63,975 bases of DNA from an uncultured Candidatus Rokubacteria bacterium (GTDB lineage Bacteria > Methylomirabilota > Methylomirabilia > Rokubacteriales > CSP1-6). Positions 10,219-21,465 of the stretch are shown here, one piece after another. The notes below the pieces were generated by a model. The model saw nothing but the letters and a program-made list of their open reading frames with translations. It did no database searches and was not told where the DNA came from. The position numbers and the translations under genes were made by a program. Position 1 is the stretch's first letter. Each line of letters opens with the position of its first letter. The stretch is taken from contig CAWBMV010000010.1 of NCBI GenBank assembly GCA_963789955.1, positions 1 through 63,975 on the forward strand, given 5' to 3'.

Positions 10219-10656
10219 ATGCGAGCGCTGACCCCGTGGAAGGGAATGGATGTGTTGAAGAACGAGATGGACCGGGTGTTCGACCGTTTCTTCGAGCCGC
10301 GCTGGGACGAATTCGAGGCCGCCGGCGAATGGGCGCCCAAGGTCGATATCGCTGAGACCAAGGACGCTGTCGTGGTGAAGGCCGAGATCCCCGGAGTCGA
10401 GCAAAAGGACATCAACGTCTTGCTCCACGATCAGGTGCTCACGATCAAGGGCGAGAAGCACCACGAGAAAGAGGAGAAGGACGAGAAGTACCACCGGGTC
10501 GAACGCTCCTGGGGGGCCTTTACCCGGGCCTTCCGGATGCCGGCCGCGGTGTCCGGCGACAAGGTGACCGCGACGTTCAAGGACGGGACCTTGACGGTCA
10601 TGCTGCCGAAGGCGCCCGAGGCCAAGGGCACCACGATCCCGGTCAAGTCCGCCTAG
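10219..10656 (+). CDS. Small heat-shock protein Hsp20/alpha-crystallin
   Basis: PKVDIAE, AEIPG, LTIKGEK, ERSWGAFTR, ATFKDGTLTV; AGGAGG RBS. Confidence 0.93.
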   Translation: MRALTPWKGMDVLKNEMDRVFDRFFEPRWDEFEAAGEWAPKVDIAETKDAVVVKAEIPGVEQKDINVLLHDQVLTIKGEKHHEKEEKDEKYHRVERSWGAFTRAFRMPAAVSGDKVTATFKDGTLTVMLPKAPEAKGTTIPVKSA

Positions 10657-10754
10657 CGTGCGCGAGAGGCGCGATGGGCGCTGACCTCGACGATCTCGTC
10701 GCGGCGTGTCGCGCTCACCGCGCCAGCACACGGCAGCTCATCAAGGGCGAGGTG

Positions 10755-11244
10755 ATGCACGCGCGGATAACGACCCTGGTGCGGGACGTGATGACCAGGC
10801 GGACGCTCACGATCGAGCCGGAGGCGTCCCTCGCCACCGCGATCGCCGTGATGCGGGACAACGAGATCCGTCACCTGCCGGTCGTCGACAGCACGGGCCG
10901 GCTCGCCGGGATCATCACCGATCGCGACCTCCGATCCGCGGCGCTGGCCCCCGCGCTCTCCGAGTTCCTGCCCGCCGGTCTCAAACGAGCGGTCGAAGCA
11001 GCCACGGATGATGCTCCAGGAGCTCAGGGTGAAGGACGTGATGACGTGGGGGGTCGTCACCACTCGGCCCGACGCCACGGTGGCCGAGGCCGGAGCGGTG
11101 ATGTTCGAGCGCCGCATCGGGAGCCTGCCGGTTCGCGAGGACGGCAAGCTGGTCGGTATCGTCACGGAACGCGACGTCTTCAAGGCGCTCATGATGGCGA
11201 TCAAGCCCGTCAGGGGCGCCGACCCGGACACGTTCTTCTGGTAG
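10755..11244 (+). CDS. CBS domain protein; frameshift ~11005
   Basis: IRHLPVVD..GIITDRDLR; IGSLPV..GIVTERD. Confidence 0.85.
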
Positions 11245-11259
11245 GAGGCGAATGGAGCG

Positions 11260-11823
11260 ATGCGGCACCCGAAACGATCGATCACGCGTGACATTCGGAC
11301 GCGCCGGCCCCTTCATCCCGGTCGCGACGCCGACGAGCACGAGGCACTCCAGTGGCCGGAAGCGGGCATCAGCGTCGCGGACTACATGACTCGCTCGCCC
11401 GCGACCATCCACTCGGACGCGCTCGTCCGCGGCGTCGTCGACATGATGCGCAAGCGGAAGATCCGACACCTGCCGGTGGTCGATCGAGAAGGCCACCTGG
11501 TCGGCATCGTCACGGATCGCAACCTGCGACAGGTGATCTTCGACCCGACCATTCAGGAGCGGCTCGGCGACCTGGCCACCATGCTCAACACGCTCACGGT
11601 GCGCGACGTGATGACCTGGGGGGTCATCACCGTGCGGCCGGAGGCGCAGATCCGGGAGGCCGCCCGCCTCATGCGAGAACGGAAGGTCGGGGCGCTGCCG
11701 GTCGTCGACGGCGAGCGCGTCGTCGGCATGCTCACGGAGACCGACGTGCTCCGGGCGTTTCAGGACGTCTTGGACCGGGGCGTGCTCTCGAAGCCCTACC
11801 GGTGGGCGCTCACGTTTCGCTGA
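11260..11823 (+). CDS. CBS domain protein
   Basis: IRHLPVVD..GIVTDRNL; VGALPVVD..GMLTETD. Confidence 0.88.
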   Translation: MRHPKRSITRDIRTRRPLHPGRDADEHEALQWPEAGISVADYMTRSPATIHSDALVRGVVDMMRKRKIRHLPVVDREGHLVGIVTDRNLRQVIFDPTIQERLGDLATMLNTLTVRDVMTWGVITVRPEAQIREAARLMRERKVGALPVVDGERVVGMLTETDVLRAFQDVLDRGVLSKPYRWALTFR

Positions 11824-11854
11824 GAACGTGCGGACGGGGAACGGGGGAACGGCA

Positions 11855-11974
11855 ATGGTCGAAGCAATTCGTGACCAATGGGTGATCGTCGTCGCGGCGA
11901 TCGGGGTGGTGGTCGTCGTCGCCTGGCTCGTCGTGACCCGTCGATCCGGCGATCGGCGATCGAACGGACGATGA
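11855..11974 (+). CDS. 39-aa single-pass membrane microprotein
   Basis: MVEAIRDQW-VIVVAAIGVVVVVAWLVVT-RRSGDRR; purine-rich RBS; fills operon gap. Confidence 0.5.
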   Translation: MVEAIRDQWVIVVAAIGVVVVVAWLVVTRRSGDRRSNGR

Positions 11975-12016
11975 GGCACCTCGAGCCTTGTAGGGAATGA
12001 AGGGGAGGGCGAAGCC

Positions 12017-13636
<1,620 letters not shown>

Positions 13637-13657
13637 GCAGCGAATCGGAGCAAACGG

Positions 13658-14404
13658 ATGGCTGAGCCCCTCATCGAAACGCGTGACCTGGCCAAGGACT
13701 ACTGGCTGGGCGCCCACGTGGTGCACGCGCTCCGTGGCGTGTCGGTGACGATCGAGGCCGGCGAGCTCGTCGCGATCATGGGGCCATCGGGCTCGGGCAA
13801 GTCGACACTCATGAGCATCCTGGGATGCCTCGACACGCCGACGGCGGGCCGTTATCTCTTGGAGGGACGCGACGTCTCTCAGCTCGACGACGATGCGCTG
13901 GCTCGGGTGCGCAACACCAAGATCGGCTTCGTCTTCCAGCAATTCAACCTGATGTCCCGGATGAGCGCCCTCGCCAACGTGGAGCTGCCGCTCATCTACA
14001 GCGACCGTCCTCCGAAGGAGGCGCGTCGGATGGCCGTTGCGAAGCTGGCGGAAGTCGGGCTGAGCGACCGCGCGCAGCATCGCCCCGCCCAGCTCTCGGG
14101 TGGCCAGCAGCAGCGAGTGGCGATCGCGCGAGCCCTCGTGAACGATCCGGTTCTGTTCCTGGCCGACGAGCCAACCGGAAATCTCGACACCCGCACGAGC
14201 ATCGAGATCATGACGATCCTCCAGACCCTGAATCAGCGTGGGATCACGATCGTGCTCGTCACGCACGAAGAGGACATCGCACGGTGTGCGCGGCGCATCC
14301 TGCACTTCCGCGACGGTGAGCTCGTCGAGGACGAGCCGGTCGTTGCGCCGATCGATGCCCGGACGGCGCTGACCGGTGGGGTTCGAGCTCCGAGACTCTC
14401 ATGA
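13658..14404 (+). CDS. MacB/LolD-type ABC transporter ATP-binding protein
   Basis: [43 protein letters not shown]. Confidence 0.92.
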   Translation: MAEPLIETRDLAKDYWLGAHVVHALRGVSVTIEAGELVAIMGPSGSGKSTLMSILGCLDTPTAGRYLLEGRDVSQLDDDALARVRNTKIGFVFQQFNLMSRMSALANVELPLIYSDRPPKEARRMAVAKLAEVGLSDRAQHRPAQLSGGQQQRVAIARALVNDPVLFLADEPTGNLDTRTSIEIMTILQTLNQRGITIVLVTHEEDIARCARRILHFRDGELVEDEPVVAPIDARTALTGGVRAPRLS

Positions 14405-15633
14405 AAGCCCGCGGCACCGCCCAGCTCGCCCTCGTCGCCCTTGCGGCCAACAGGGTCCGCACCGGGCTCACCATGCTGGGCGTCATCATCGGCGTGGCCG
14501 CCGTGGTGACGATGATGGCGGTCGGCGCCGGTGCGCGGTCGCGCGTCGAGGCAGAGATCCAGAGCCTCGGCTCGAACCTGATCATCGTGCTCTCCGGGTC
14601 GATCACGACGAGCGGCGTACGGCTCGGCGCCGGGAGCCAACTCACGGTGACCGAGGAAGACGCCCGGGTGATCGAGCGGGATATCGCCAGCATTCAGGTC
14701 GCGGCTCCGACGGTCCGGGGTGGGGTGCAAGTCGTGGCCGCCAATGGCAACTGGGCGACTGCCCTCTTCGGCGTGACGCCGAGCTTCCTGGAGGCCCGAG
14801 ACTGGGCGACGACGAACGGGCGCACGTTGACGCAGGAAGACGTCGACGGTGCCGCGAAGATCGTGCTGCTCGGCCAGACGGTGGCGCAGAACCTTTTCGG
14901 CGCGGCCGACCCAGTCGGCCAGATCGTCCGAGTCAAGAAGGTCCCGCTCACCGTCGTCGGCGTTCTGGACCGCAAGGGCCAGTCGACGCAGGGGCAAGAT
15001 CAGGACGACGCCGTACTCGTGCCGCTCCCGACGGCGAAGAAGAAGATTCTCGGGATCAGTCAGGCCAACGCCCGAGCGGTCAACGCGATCCTCGTGAAGG
15101 TCCGGGACGCGACCGCGATGAAGACCGCCGAGCAGGAGATCCGCAGCCTGCTGCGGCAGCGGCATCATCTCCAGCCGGATCAGGACGACGACTTCACCCT
15201 CCGGAACCTGGCCGACCTGTTCGAGAGCCAGGAGGCCGCGTCCCGCGTGCTGAGCCTCTTGCTGGCCGCGATCGCCTCGGTCTCGCTCGTCGTCGGCGGC
15301 ATCGGCATCATGAACATCATGCTCGTGTCGGTCACCGAGCGGACGCGAGAGATCGGGCTGCGCCGTGCCGTCGGCGCCCGCCGCCGGGATATCCTTCTGC
15401 AATTTCTCATCGAGGCTGTCGTCGTCTCGCTGACGGGCGGAGTGCTCGGAGTCGCGCTCGGGGCGGCCGGGGCGTGGGCGATCGGATACTTCGCCGGGTG
15501 GCTGGCTCCCATCCAGGCCCGCGCCGTCATCCCAGCATTTCTCTTCGCGGGGGCGGTTGGCGTCTTCTTCGGTTTCTATCCGGCACGCAAGGCCTCGCGC
15601 TTGAACCCGATCGACGCGCTCCGGTACGAATGA
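14401..15633 (+). CDS. MacB-type ABC transporter permease
   Basis: LTMLGVIIG, GGIGIMNIMLVSVTERTREIG, QFLIEA, PARKASRLNPIDALRYE. Confidence 0.92.
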   Translation: MKARGTAQLALVALAANRVRTGLTMLGVIIGVAAVVTMMAVGAGARSRVEAEIQSLGSNLIIVLSGSITTSGVRLGAGSQLTVTEEDARVIERDIASIQVAAPTVRGGVQVVAANGNWATALFGVTPSFLEARDWATTNGRTLTQEDVDGAAKIVLLGQTVAQNLFGAADPVGQIVRVKKVPLTVVGVLDRKGQSTQGQDQDDAVLVPLPTAKKKILGISQANARAVNAILVKVRDATAMKTAEQEIRSLLRQRHHLQPDQDDDFTLRNLADLFESQEAASRVLSLLLAAIASVSLVVGGIGIMNIMLVSVTERTREIGLRRAVGARRRDILLQFLIEAVVVSLTGGVLGVALGAAGAWAIGYFAGWLAPIQARAVIPAFLFAGAVGVFFGFYPARKASRLNPIDALRYE

Positions 15634-15780
15634 CACGCGGCTCGGATCTGTTCACCGGAGAGTTGCGATGACGCTCGCCTCGAGCTTGATCGAGAGGACC
15701 GGAGACGACCTTGGCGCGGGACACGCTCTGAGTCGCCTGGACGAAACGGAGAATCCGCAATCACTCATGCGTGCGCGACC

Positions 15781-16662
15781 GTGACGAAGTCAGCCTCGCA
15801 GAACGAGCGCATCGCCGACAAGCTGCGCGAGGCGGCCGACATACTCGAGACGCAGCGGGCGAACCCGTTCCGCATCCGCGCCTACCGCCAGGCCGCCGAT
15901 CGCGTCGCCGCCCTCGGCGTGGAGGTCGGCGACCTGCTCGCCGCCGGTGGTGTCGCCGGGCTCATGACGCTGCCCGGAATCGGCGCCGGGATCGCGGCGG
16001 CGATCAACGAACTCGTACGCACCGGCCGATGGAGTCAGCTCGAGCGTCTCCACGGCACGCTCGAGCCTGAGCGGCTGTTCCAGTCGATTCCCGGAGTCGG
16101 GCCGACGCTCGCTCGACAGATCCACGAGAGGCTCGAGATCGATACGCTCGAAGCCCTCGAGGCGGCGGCCCACGACGGGCGTCTCGCTGCCGTGCCAGGC
16201 ATGGGTCCGCGTCGGACGGCCATGATCCGCGCGGAGCTCGGCACCTTGCTCGGGCGGCGGCACACCCGTAAGCTCAGCGAGCCGCCGGTCGACGTGCTCT
16301 TGGACGTCGACGCGGAGTATCGCCGGCGCGCGGCGACCGGTCGCTTGTCCCGGATCGCGCCGCGGCGCTTCAATACCGCGGGTACCGCGTGGCTGCCGGT
16401 CCTGCACACGGAGCGCGGTGAATGGCGCTTCACGGTCCTGTTCTCGAACACCGCGCGGGCGCACGAGCTCGGGAGAACACGCGACTGGGTCGTCGTCTAC
16501 TTCCATGGTGACGGCGAGCCCGAAGGGCAGCGGACCGTCGTCACGGACACCCGGGGATCGCTCGTCGGCTGCCGTGTAGTCCGCGGACGCGAGCCAGAAT
16601 GTGAGGCGTACTACGTGTCGCGGGATGCGCGCCCGCGCCGGACGGGGACGAAACTCGGCTGA
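15781..16662 (+). CDS. Helix-hairpin-helix DNA-binding protein with PolX-like N-terminal domain, no polymerase core
   Basis: NPFRIRAYRQAA, LPGIGAGIA, IPGVGP, VPGMGP; C-terminal APRRFN..WLPVLH..FSNTARAH domain. Confidence 0.75.
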   Translation: MTKSASQNERIADKLREAADILETQRANPFRIRAYRQAADRVAALGVEVGDLLAAGGVAGLMTLPGIGAGIAAAINELVRTGRWSQLERLHGTLEPERLFQSIPGVGPTLARQIHERLEIDTLEALEAAAHDGRLAAVPGMGPRRTAMIRAELGTLLGRRHTRKLSEPPVDVLLDVDAEYRRRAATGRLSRIAPRRFNTAGTAWLPVLHTERGEWRFTVLFSNTARAHELGRTRDWVVVYFHGDGEPEGQRTVVTDTRGSLVGCRVVRGREPECEAYYVSRDARPRRTGTKLG

Positions 16663-16702
16663 CTACCGGTCGCGCGTGTCGGCCCGTTCGTGGGCACGGG
16701 CA

Positions 16703-16752
16703 GGGGGGGGAGGGCTGGTGGTGGGGGGGGGGGGGGGGGGGGGGGGAGGGGG
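16703..16752. repeat. Poly-G low-complexity tract
   Basis: Run of about 24 consecutive G with flanking G runs. Confidence 0.9.
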
Positions 16753-16792
16753 TGCCGGCCGAGACGAGAACTTCCGTTGCCCCGGCTCCACG

Positions 16793-17017
16793 TCAAGCTC
16801 TCACGCGATCGACGACGCTCAGGACCCGGGCGAAAAATCGGCCCATCCCGAGCCATTTCGACATCGCCCCCGCACGATGACGAGAGCCCAGGGGACTCGT
16901 ACCCGATGTGCCGTGGGTACGAGGAGAAGACGGCTTCCTCGCGCTCGCGATCAGCTCCTGAGCGGTCAGCGCCTCCAGGCGGGAAATGAGCGCCGCAAGG
17001 GCCCTGTCGCGATCCAT
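16793..17017 (-). CDS. Hypothetical protein (possibly frameshifted)
   Basis: MDRDRALAALISRLEAL.. directly downstream of a sigma-54 promoter; 3' end uncertain. Confidence 0.35.
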   Translation of the reverse strand: MDRDRALAALISRLEALTAQELIASARKPSSPRTHGTSGTSPLGSRHRAGAMSKWLGMGRFFARVLSVVDRVRA

Positions 17018-17034
17018 GACCACGGTGTTTTCAG

Positions 17035-17050
17035 AGCAACCGCGCTGCCA
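17035..17050 (-). promoter_or_regulatory. sigma-54 promoter
   Basis: TGGCAGCGCGGTTGCT. Confidence 0.7.
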
Positions 17051-17112
17051 TCTCTGGGGTCAACTAAAACGGGACCCTCCGCGGACTACCGGCCGGGGCT
17101 ATCCGGGGAAGC

Positions 17113-17149
17113 TGTGGCGGCGACGCCTCACTGAGGCGCCGGCGCTTCA
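17113..17149. promoter_or_regulatory. Tandem putative enhancer (UAS) sites
   Basis: TGTGGC-N6-GCCTCA and TGAGGC-N6-GCTTCA, 19-bp period. Confidence 0.6.
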
Positions 17150-17414
17150 CCTCGCCGGGCGCGCCTCACGGTAGCCGCTCGTAATAGCGGCCACGGTACA
17201 GCGTCCAGTAGGGCTCCAGCGCGTTGGCTGACGCGCGTTCGTTCGCTTCCCGCACCTCGCACGTCCATTCCACCGCGTCGTCGAGGCTCGCCCCGATGAG
17301 GCGTCGCGACGTTTCCGAAGACCCTTCGCGGATCGCCGCGGTCGCACGGTCGACCGTCGCGGCGATCCAGGGGTGACGGATGGTGCCAGAACTTCTTGGC
17401 CGGACCTTGGAGAT

Positions 17415-17430
17415 TGGCAAGATCGGTGCA
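17415..17430 (+). promoter_or_regulatory. sigma-54 promoter
   Basis: TGGCAAGATCGGTGCA upstream of GGAGG RBS of L,D-transpeptidase. Confidence 0.6.
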
Positions 17431-17455
17431 ACGCGATGAGCCGTGGGAGGACTGA

Positions 17456-18265
17456 GTGAGGACAGCGAGTGCTGCGGTGAGTGTTGCCCTGGTGCTGGTG
17501 CTTCTCGCCTGCGCTCCGTTCACGGCGACGTCCGTCGCGGCGACGTCCACCTGTGATGTGCGCTACCCGAGCGACGCACGCGTGCCATGGGTCTGCCGCG
17601 TGCTCGCACCCGGCGAGAACGTCGAGCTTCTCTTCGGCAGGCGGTGGGTGGACGTTCTGCGATTCAACCGCATCGATCGCCGCCACGCCGTCGCCGGCGC
17701 TGCCCTAAAGATTCCGCGGCGGCTCCCCGACGTCAGTAACTTCACGCCGATGCCCGAGACCTATCGGGACGCCGCCGGCGAGGCGAAGTTCGTGCTGATC
17801 GATCTGACCGAGCAGTTCCTCGGCGCCTATGAGCACGGGCGCCTCGCGTTCTCGAGTCCGCTGGCGTCCGGCGATGCGGAGCACCCGACCCCGACGGGCG
17901 ACTTCACGATCACCGCCGCTCACCGTGATCACTCCTCATCGCTGTACGCCATCGAGGCAACAGACATCCCGTATCCGATGACGTGGGCCCTCCGCTTCTA
18001 CACCTCGCGAGAGGGCGTGTCGTCGTGGCTGCATGGGCGAGACGTTCCCGGGTACCCCGGCTCCCACGGCTGCATCGGTCTCTACGACGAGTGGATGCAG
18101 CGGGCTTACTTCACGGTCCCGGCGCGCCCGGTGCTGGACGACGCCAAACGCCTGTACGAGTGGGCCGTGGGCGTGGGCGCCGACGTGCCGCAGATGCGGA
18201 CCATCGCCGGGCCGCGCCTGCGGATCGTAGGCGATGCCTCGGCGACCCGGCGCGCCGGTCGCTGA
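17456..18265 (+). CDS. L,D-transpeptidase (YkuD family)
   Basis: Signal peptide; IDLTEQFLGAYE, TPTGDF, LHG..PGYPGSHGCI catalytic motif. Confidence 0.85.
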   Translation: MRTASAAVSVALVLVLLACAPFTATSVAATSTCDVRYPSDARVPWVCRVLAPGENVELLFGRRWVDVLRFNRIDRRHAVAGAALKIPRRLPDVSNFTPMPETYRDAAGEAKFVLIDLTEQFLGAYEHGRLAFSSPLASGDAEHPTPTGDFTITAAHRDHSSSLYAIEATDIPYPMTWALRFYTSREGVSSWLHGRDVPGYPGSHGCIGLYDEWMQRAYFTVPARPVLDDAKRLYEWAVGVGADVPQMRTIAGPRLRIVGDASATRRAGR

Positions 18266-18292
18266 GCAGCACGCTTACCCGGCGGACCCGGT

Positions 18293-18330
18293 TGGGGATT
18301 TGCCGCCGCACGTGGGGCGGCCACGCCGCC
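18293..18330. promoter_or_regulatory. Tandem putative enhancer (UAS) sites
   Basis: TGGGGA-N6-GCCGCA and TGGGGC-N6-GCCGCC, 20-bp period. Confidence 0.55.
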
Positions 18331-18382
18331 TCGAAGCGCCCGTCACGACTGCAGAGCCCCGCATTCTCGGCCCTTTCCACGT

Positions 18383-18398
18383 TGGCAGCGGCCATGCA
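18383..18398 (+). promoter_or_regulatory. sigma-54 promoter of CBS-dksA-acs-pdh unit
   Basis: TGGCAGCGGCCATGCA. Confidence 0.65.
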
Positions 18399-18438
18399 CT
18401 CGTAAGGTCTGTCCGATTGCCATACGAGGGGGCAGGAG

Positions 18439-18617
18439 ATGCGGGTTCGATGCGGCGGGACGGGAGTGCAGGCCGTCTCGCTCATATGTTCAGCGACCAG
18501 AACGAGTGCATCGCGCAATCCATCGAGGGCTCGGACCACGCGCGCGGCGGACTGCTCACGGTGAACCGCGACTCGTACCGACGGTGCATGGAGCAGCGCA
18601 GATATACGCTCGCGTGA
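18439..18617 (+). CDS. Small hypothetical protein, probably frameshifted
   Basis: AGGAG RBS + ATG after promoter; DQNEC...YRRCMEQRRY in a neighbouring frame. Confidence 0.3.
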
Positions 18618-18664
18618 GATGGGCTGAACGCCCCGGAGTGGGTGGAGGAAGAAACGTGAGGCAT

Positions 18665-19093
18665 ATGCGTATCGATCCGAGCGAAGGGCCGGGTGACGCG
18701 AACGGCGAGCGCGCGAAGCCGATCCCGGTCGGTGATCGGATGTCCCGGCCCGCCGTGACCATCGTGGGCCGCGCATCGCTCAGCGAGGCGCTGACGCTGA
18801 TGGTCGCTCACCGGATTCATTACCTGCCCGTCGTGGACGACGAGGGACGGCTGGTCGGAATCCTCAACGAGGATGATGTGCTCGGCACCCGCCGGGGACC
18901 ACGCCCGGACAGCGATCTCGTGACGACGGTGATGAGCGCGCCGGTGATCTCGGTCGGTCCCGCGGAATCTCTGAAGGCCGCGACGCAGCTGATGGTCGAT
19001 CGCGCCATCGGGGCGCTGCCCGTCGTGGACGACGGACGGGTGGTCGGGATTCTCACCCAGAGCGACGTGGTCACGGCGCTCGCTCGCCGGTGA
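18665..19093 (+). CDS. CBS domain protein
   Basis: IHYLPVVD..GILNEDD; IGALPVVD..GILTQSD. Confidence 0.85.
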   Translation: MRIDPSEGPGDANGERAKPIPVGDRMSRPAVTIVGRASLSEALTLMVAHRIHYLPVVDDEGRLVGILNEDDVLGTRRGPRPDSDLVTTVMSAPVISVGPAESLKAATQLMVDRAIGALPVVDDGRVVGILTQSDVVTALARR

Positions 19094-19127
19094 CGGCGTG
19101 GCGCGCGATCGGACAGGGTAGATCCAG

Positions 19128-19298
19128 ATGATCGTGAACCGTGACGGCAAATACGTCGTCGTTTCGGAGACGACCGCGCGGCGCTTCGGCACCTACGACA
19201 CGCTCGCCGAGGCGAAGCGACGGCTCCGACAGATCGAATTCTTTAAGCACCTCAAGGCCCGGACGACGGCTCGCGGAAGCCGGCGCGCGTCGGCCTGA
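19128..19298 (+). CDS. 56-aa basic small protein (missed by ORF track)
   Basis: MIVNRDGKYVVVSETTARRFGTYDTLAEAKRRLRQIEFFKH...; exactly fills operon gap. Confidence 0.65.
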   Translation: MIVNRDGKYVVVSETTARRFGTYDTLAEAKRRLRQIEFFKHLKARTTARGSRRASA

Positions 19299-19313
19299 GC
19301 GGGAGGAGCCGGG

Positions 19314-19685
19314 ATGAAACCGAGGACTCAGGCAATCACGAAGGAGTTCGAGCGCCGGCTGCGTGAGGCACGCCGAGAGGTCTGGCGCACCGTCGTCGGG
19401 ACGAACGAGGAACTCGCGACCCTCGAGCAACAGGCCAGGGCGTCGAGCGAGGAAGCCGGGACCATGGCCGTGACCGGCGTGCTCTCTCGCCTCGACGGCG
19501 CCGAGCGGCGCCTGCTCGACGAAATCGACGCGGCACAGGCGCGGCTGGCCGCCGGCACGTTCGGCGTCTGCGCGCGGTGCGGGAAGTCGATTCCGCTGGC
19601 GCGGCTGCGTGCGGTGCCGTCCGCGCGCCTGTGCGTCGCCTGCGAGCGCGACGCCGAGCGCGCCAGGCCGGCTAGCGGGCACCGG
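19314..19685 (+). CDS. TraR/DksA C4 zinc-finger domain, read in frame with Acs
   Basis: [31 protein letters not shown]...CVAC; GGAGGAG RBS. Confidence 0.8.
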
Positions 19686-19688
19686 CCG

Positions 19689-21465
19689 GTGCCTCACGCC
19701 ACGATCGTCAAGCAACGGGACGGCGATCGGTTCCCGGCGAACCTGGACGACTACGCTCGCGTCCGGGCGTCGTTCACCTGGGCGGCCGCACGCGGTCAGC
19801 TCGAGGGCCTGCCCGACGGTCGCGGGCTCAACATCGCGCACGAGGCCGTCGACCGTCACGCCGCGGGGTCGCGGCGGGACCGGGTGGCGCTCCGGTGGCT
19901 CGGCAAGACCGGCGCGGTCCGCGACTACACCTACGGCCACCTGCGCGAGCTGACGGATCGATTCGCCAACGCGCTCGAAGGGCTCGGGGTTCGTCGCGGC
20001 GACCGTGTTTTTGCGCTCGCCGGCCGAGTCCCGGAGCTTTACGTCGCGGCGCTCGGCACGCTGAAGCTCGGCACCGTGTTCTGCCCGCTCTTCTCGGCGT
20101 TCGGGCCGGAGCCGATTCGGTCGCGCATGGCGATCGGGGCCGCGCGTGTGCTCGTGACGACGGAGACGCTCTACCATCGCAAGGTCGCGCCGCTGCGGCA
20201 CGAGCTGCCCGACCTTGCCCACGTCATCCTGGTGGGTGAGGCCGGAGCGCGGACCCGCGTGCCCGAGACGCATGATTTGTACGCGCTCCTGGCCGGGGCG
20301 GCCGATCGGTACGTCATTGGGCCCACCGCGCCGGAGGACATGGCGCTCTTGCATTTCACGAGCGGCACCACCGGCACGCCGAAGGGCGCGGTCCACGTCC
20401 ACGACGCGGTGGTCGCCCATCACATCACCGGCAGGTCGCGCTCGACCTCCATCTCGACGACATCTTCTGGTGCACGGCCGATCCGGGTTGGGTGACGGGC
20501 ACGTCGTACGGCATCATCGCGCCGCTCACGAACGGCGTGACGAGCATCGTCGACGAGGCGGAATTCGACGCCGAGCGCTGGTATCGCATCCTTCAAGCGG
20601 AGCAGGTGACCGTCTGGTACACGGCGCCAACGGCGATTCGCATGCTGATGAAAGCTGGAGTCGATCTCGCGCGCAAGTACGATCACGGCGGCGCTTCGCT
20701 TCCTCGCCAGCGTCGGCGAGCCGCTGAATCCCGAGGCCGTCGTGTGGGGCCAGGAAGCGTTCGGCCTGCCGTTCCACGACAACTGGTGGCAGACGGAGAC
20801 GGGCGGCATCATGATCGCCAACTTCGCCGCGATGGACGTCCGCCCGGGCTCCATGGGACGGCCGCTGCCCGGCATCGACGCGGCGATTGTCAAGAAGACC
20901 GACGACGGACCGGGTCGAAGTGCTCGAGGCTCCCGACGCGCAGGGCGAGCTGGCGCTACGGCCGGGCTGGCCCTCGATGTTCCGCGGCTATCTCAACGAG
21001 CCCGCACGCTATCGCAAGTGCTTCGCCGGTGGCTGGTATCTCACCGGCGACCTGGCGCGCCGTGACGCCGACGGCTACTTCTGGTTCGTCGGTCGCACCG
21101 ACGACGTGATCAAGACCTCCGGTCATCTGATCGGCCCGTTCGAGGTCGAGAGCGTGCTCATGGAGCATCCGGCGGTGGCGGAGGCGGGTGTGATCGGCAA
21201 GCCCGACCCGGTCGCGCTGGAGATCGTGAAGGCGTTCGTCTCGCTCAAAGCCGGCCAGACGCCGAGCCCTGCTCTGCGGCGCGAGCTGCTCGCGCACGCG
21301 CGTGCGAGGCTCGGCGCGGTGGTCGCGCCCAAGGAAATCGACTTTCAGGCCTCGCTGCCGAAGACGCGGAGCGGCAAGATCATGCGCCGCCTGCTGAAGG
21401 CACGCGAGCTGGGTCTGCCAGAGGGCGACCTGTCGACGCTCGAGGAGAGCGGCCACAATGATTGA
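19689..21465 (+). CDS. acsA: Acetate--CoA ligase (AMP-forming); frameshifted
   Basis: [56 protein letters not shown]. Confidence 0.88.

Noticed and set aside
17166..17420. 84-aa minus-strand ORF
   Set aside because: No recognisable motif and its start overlaps a sigma-54 promoter; cannot be supported, though not excluded
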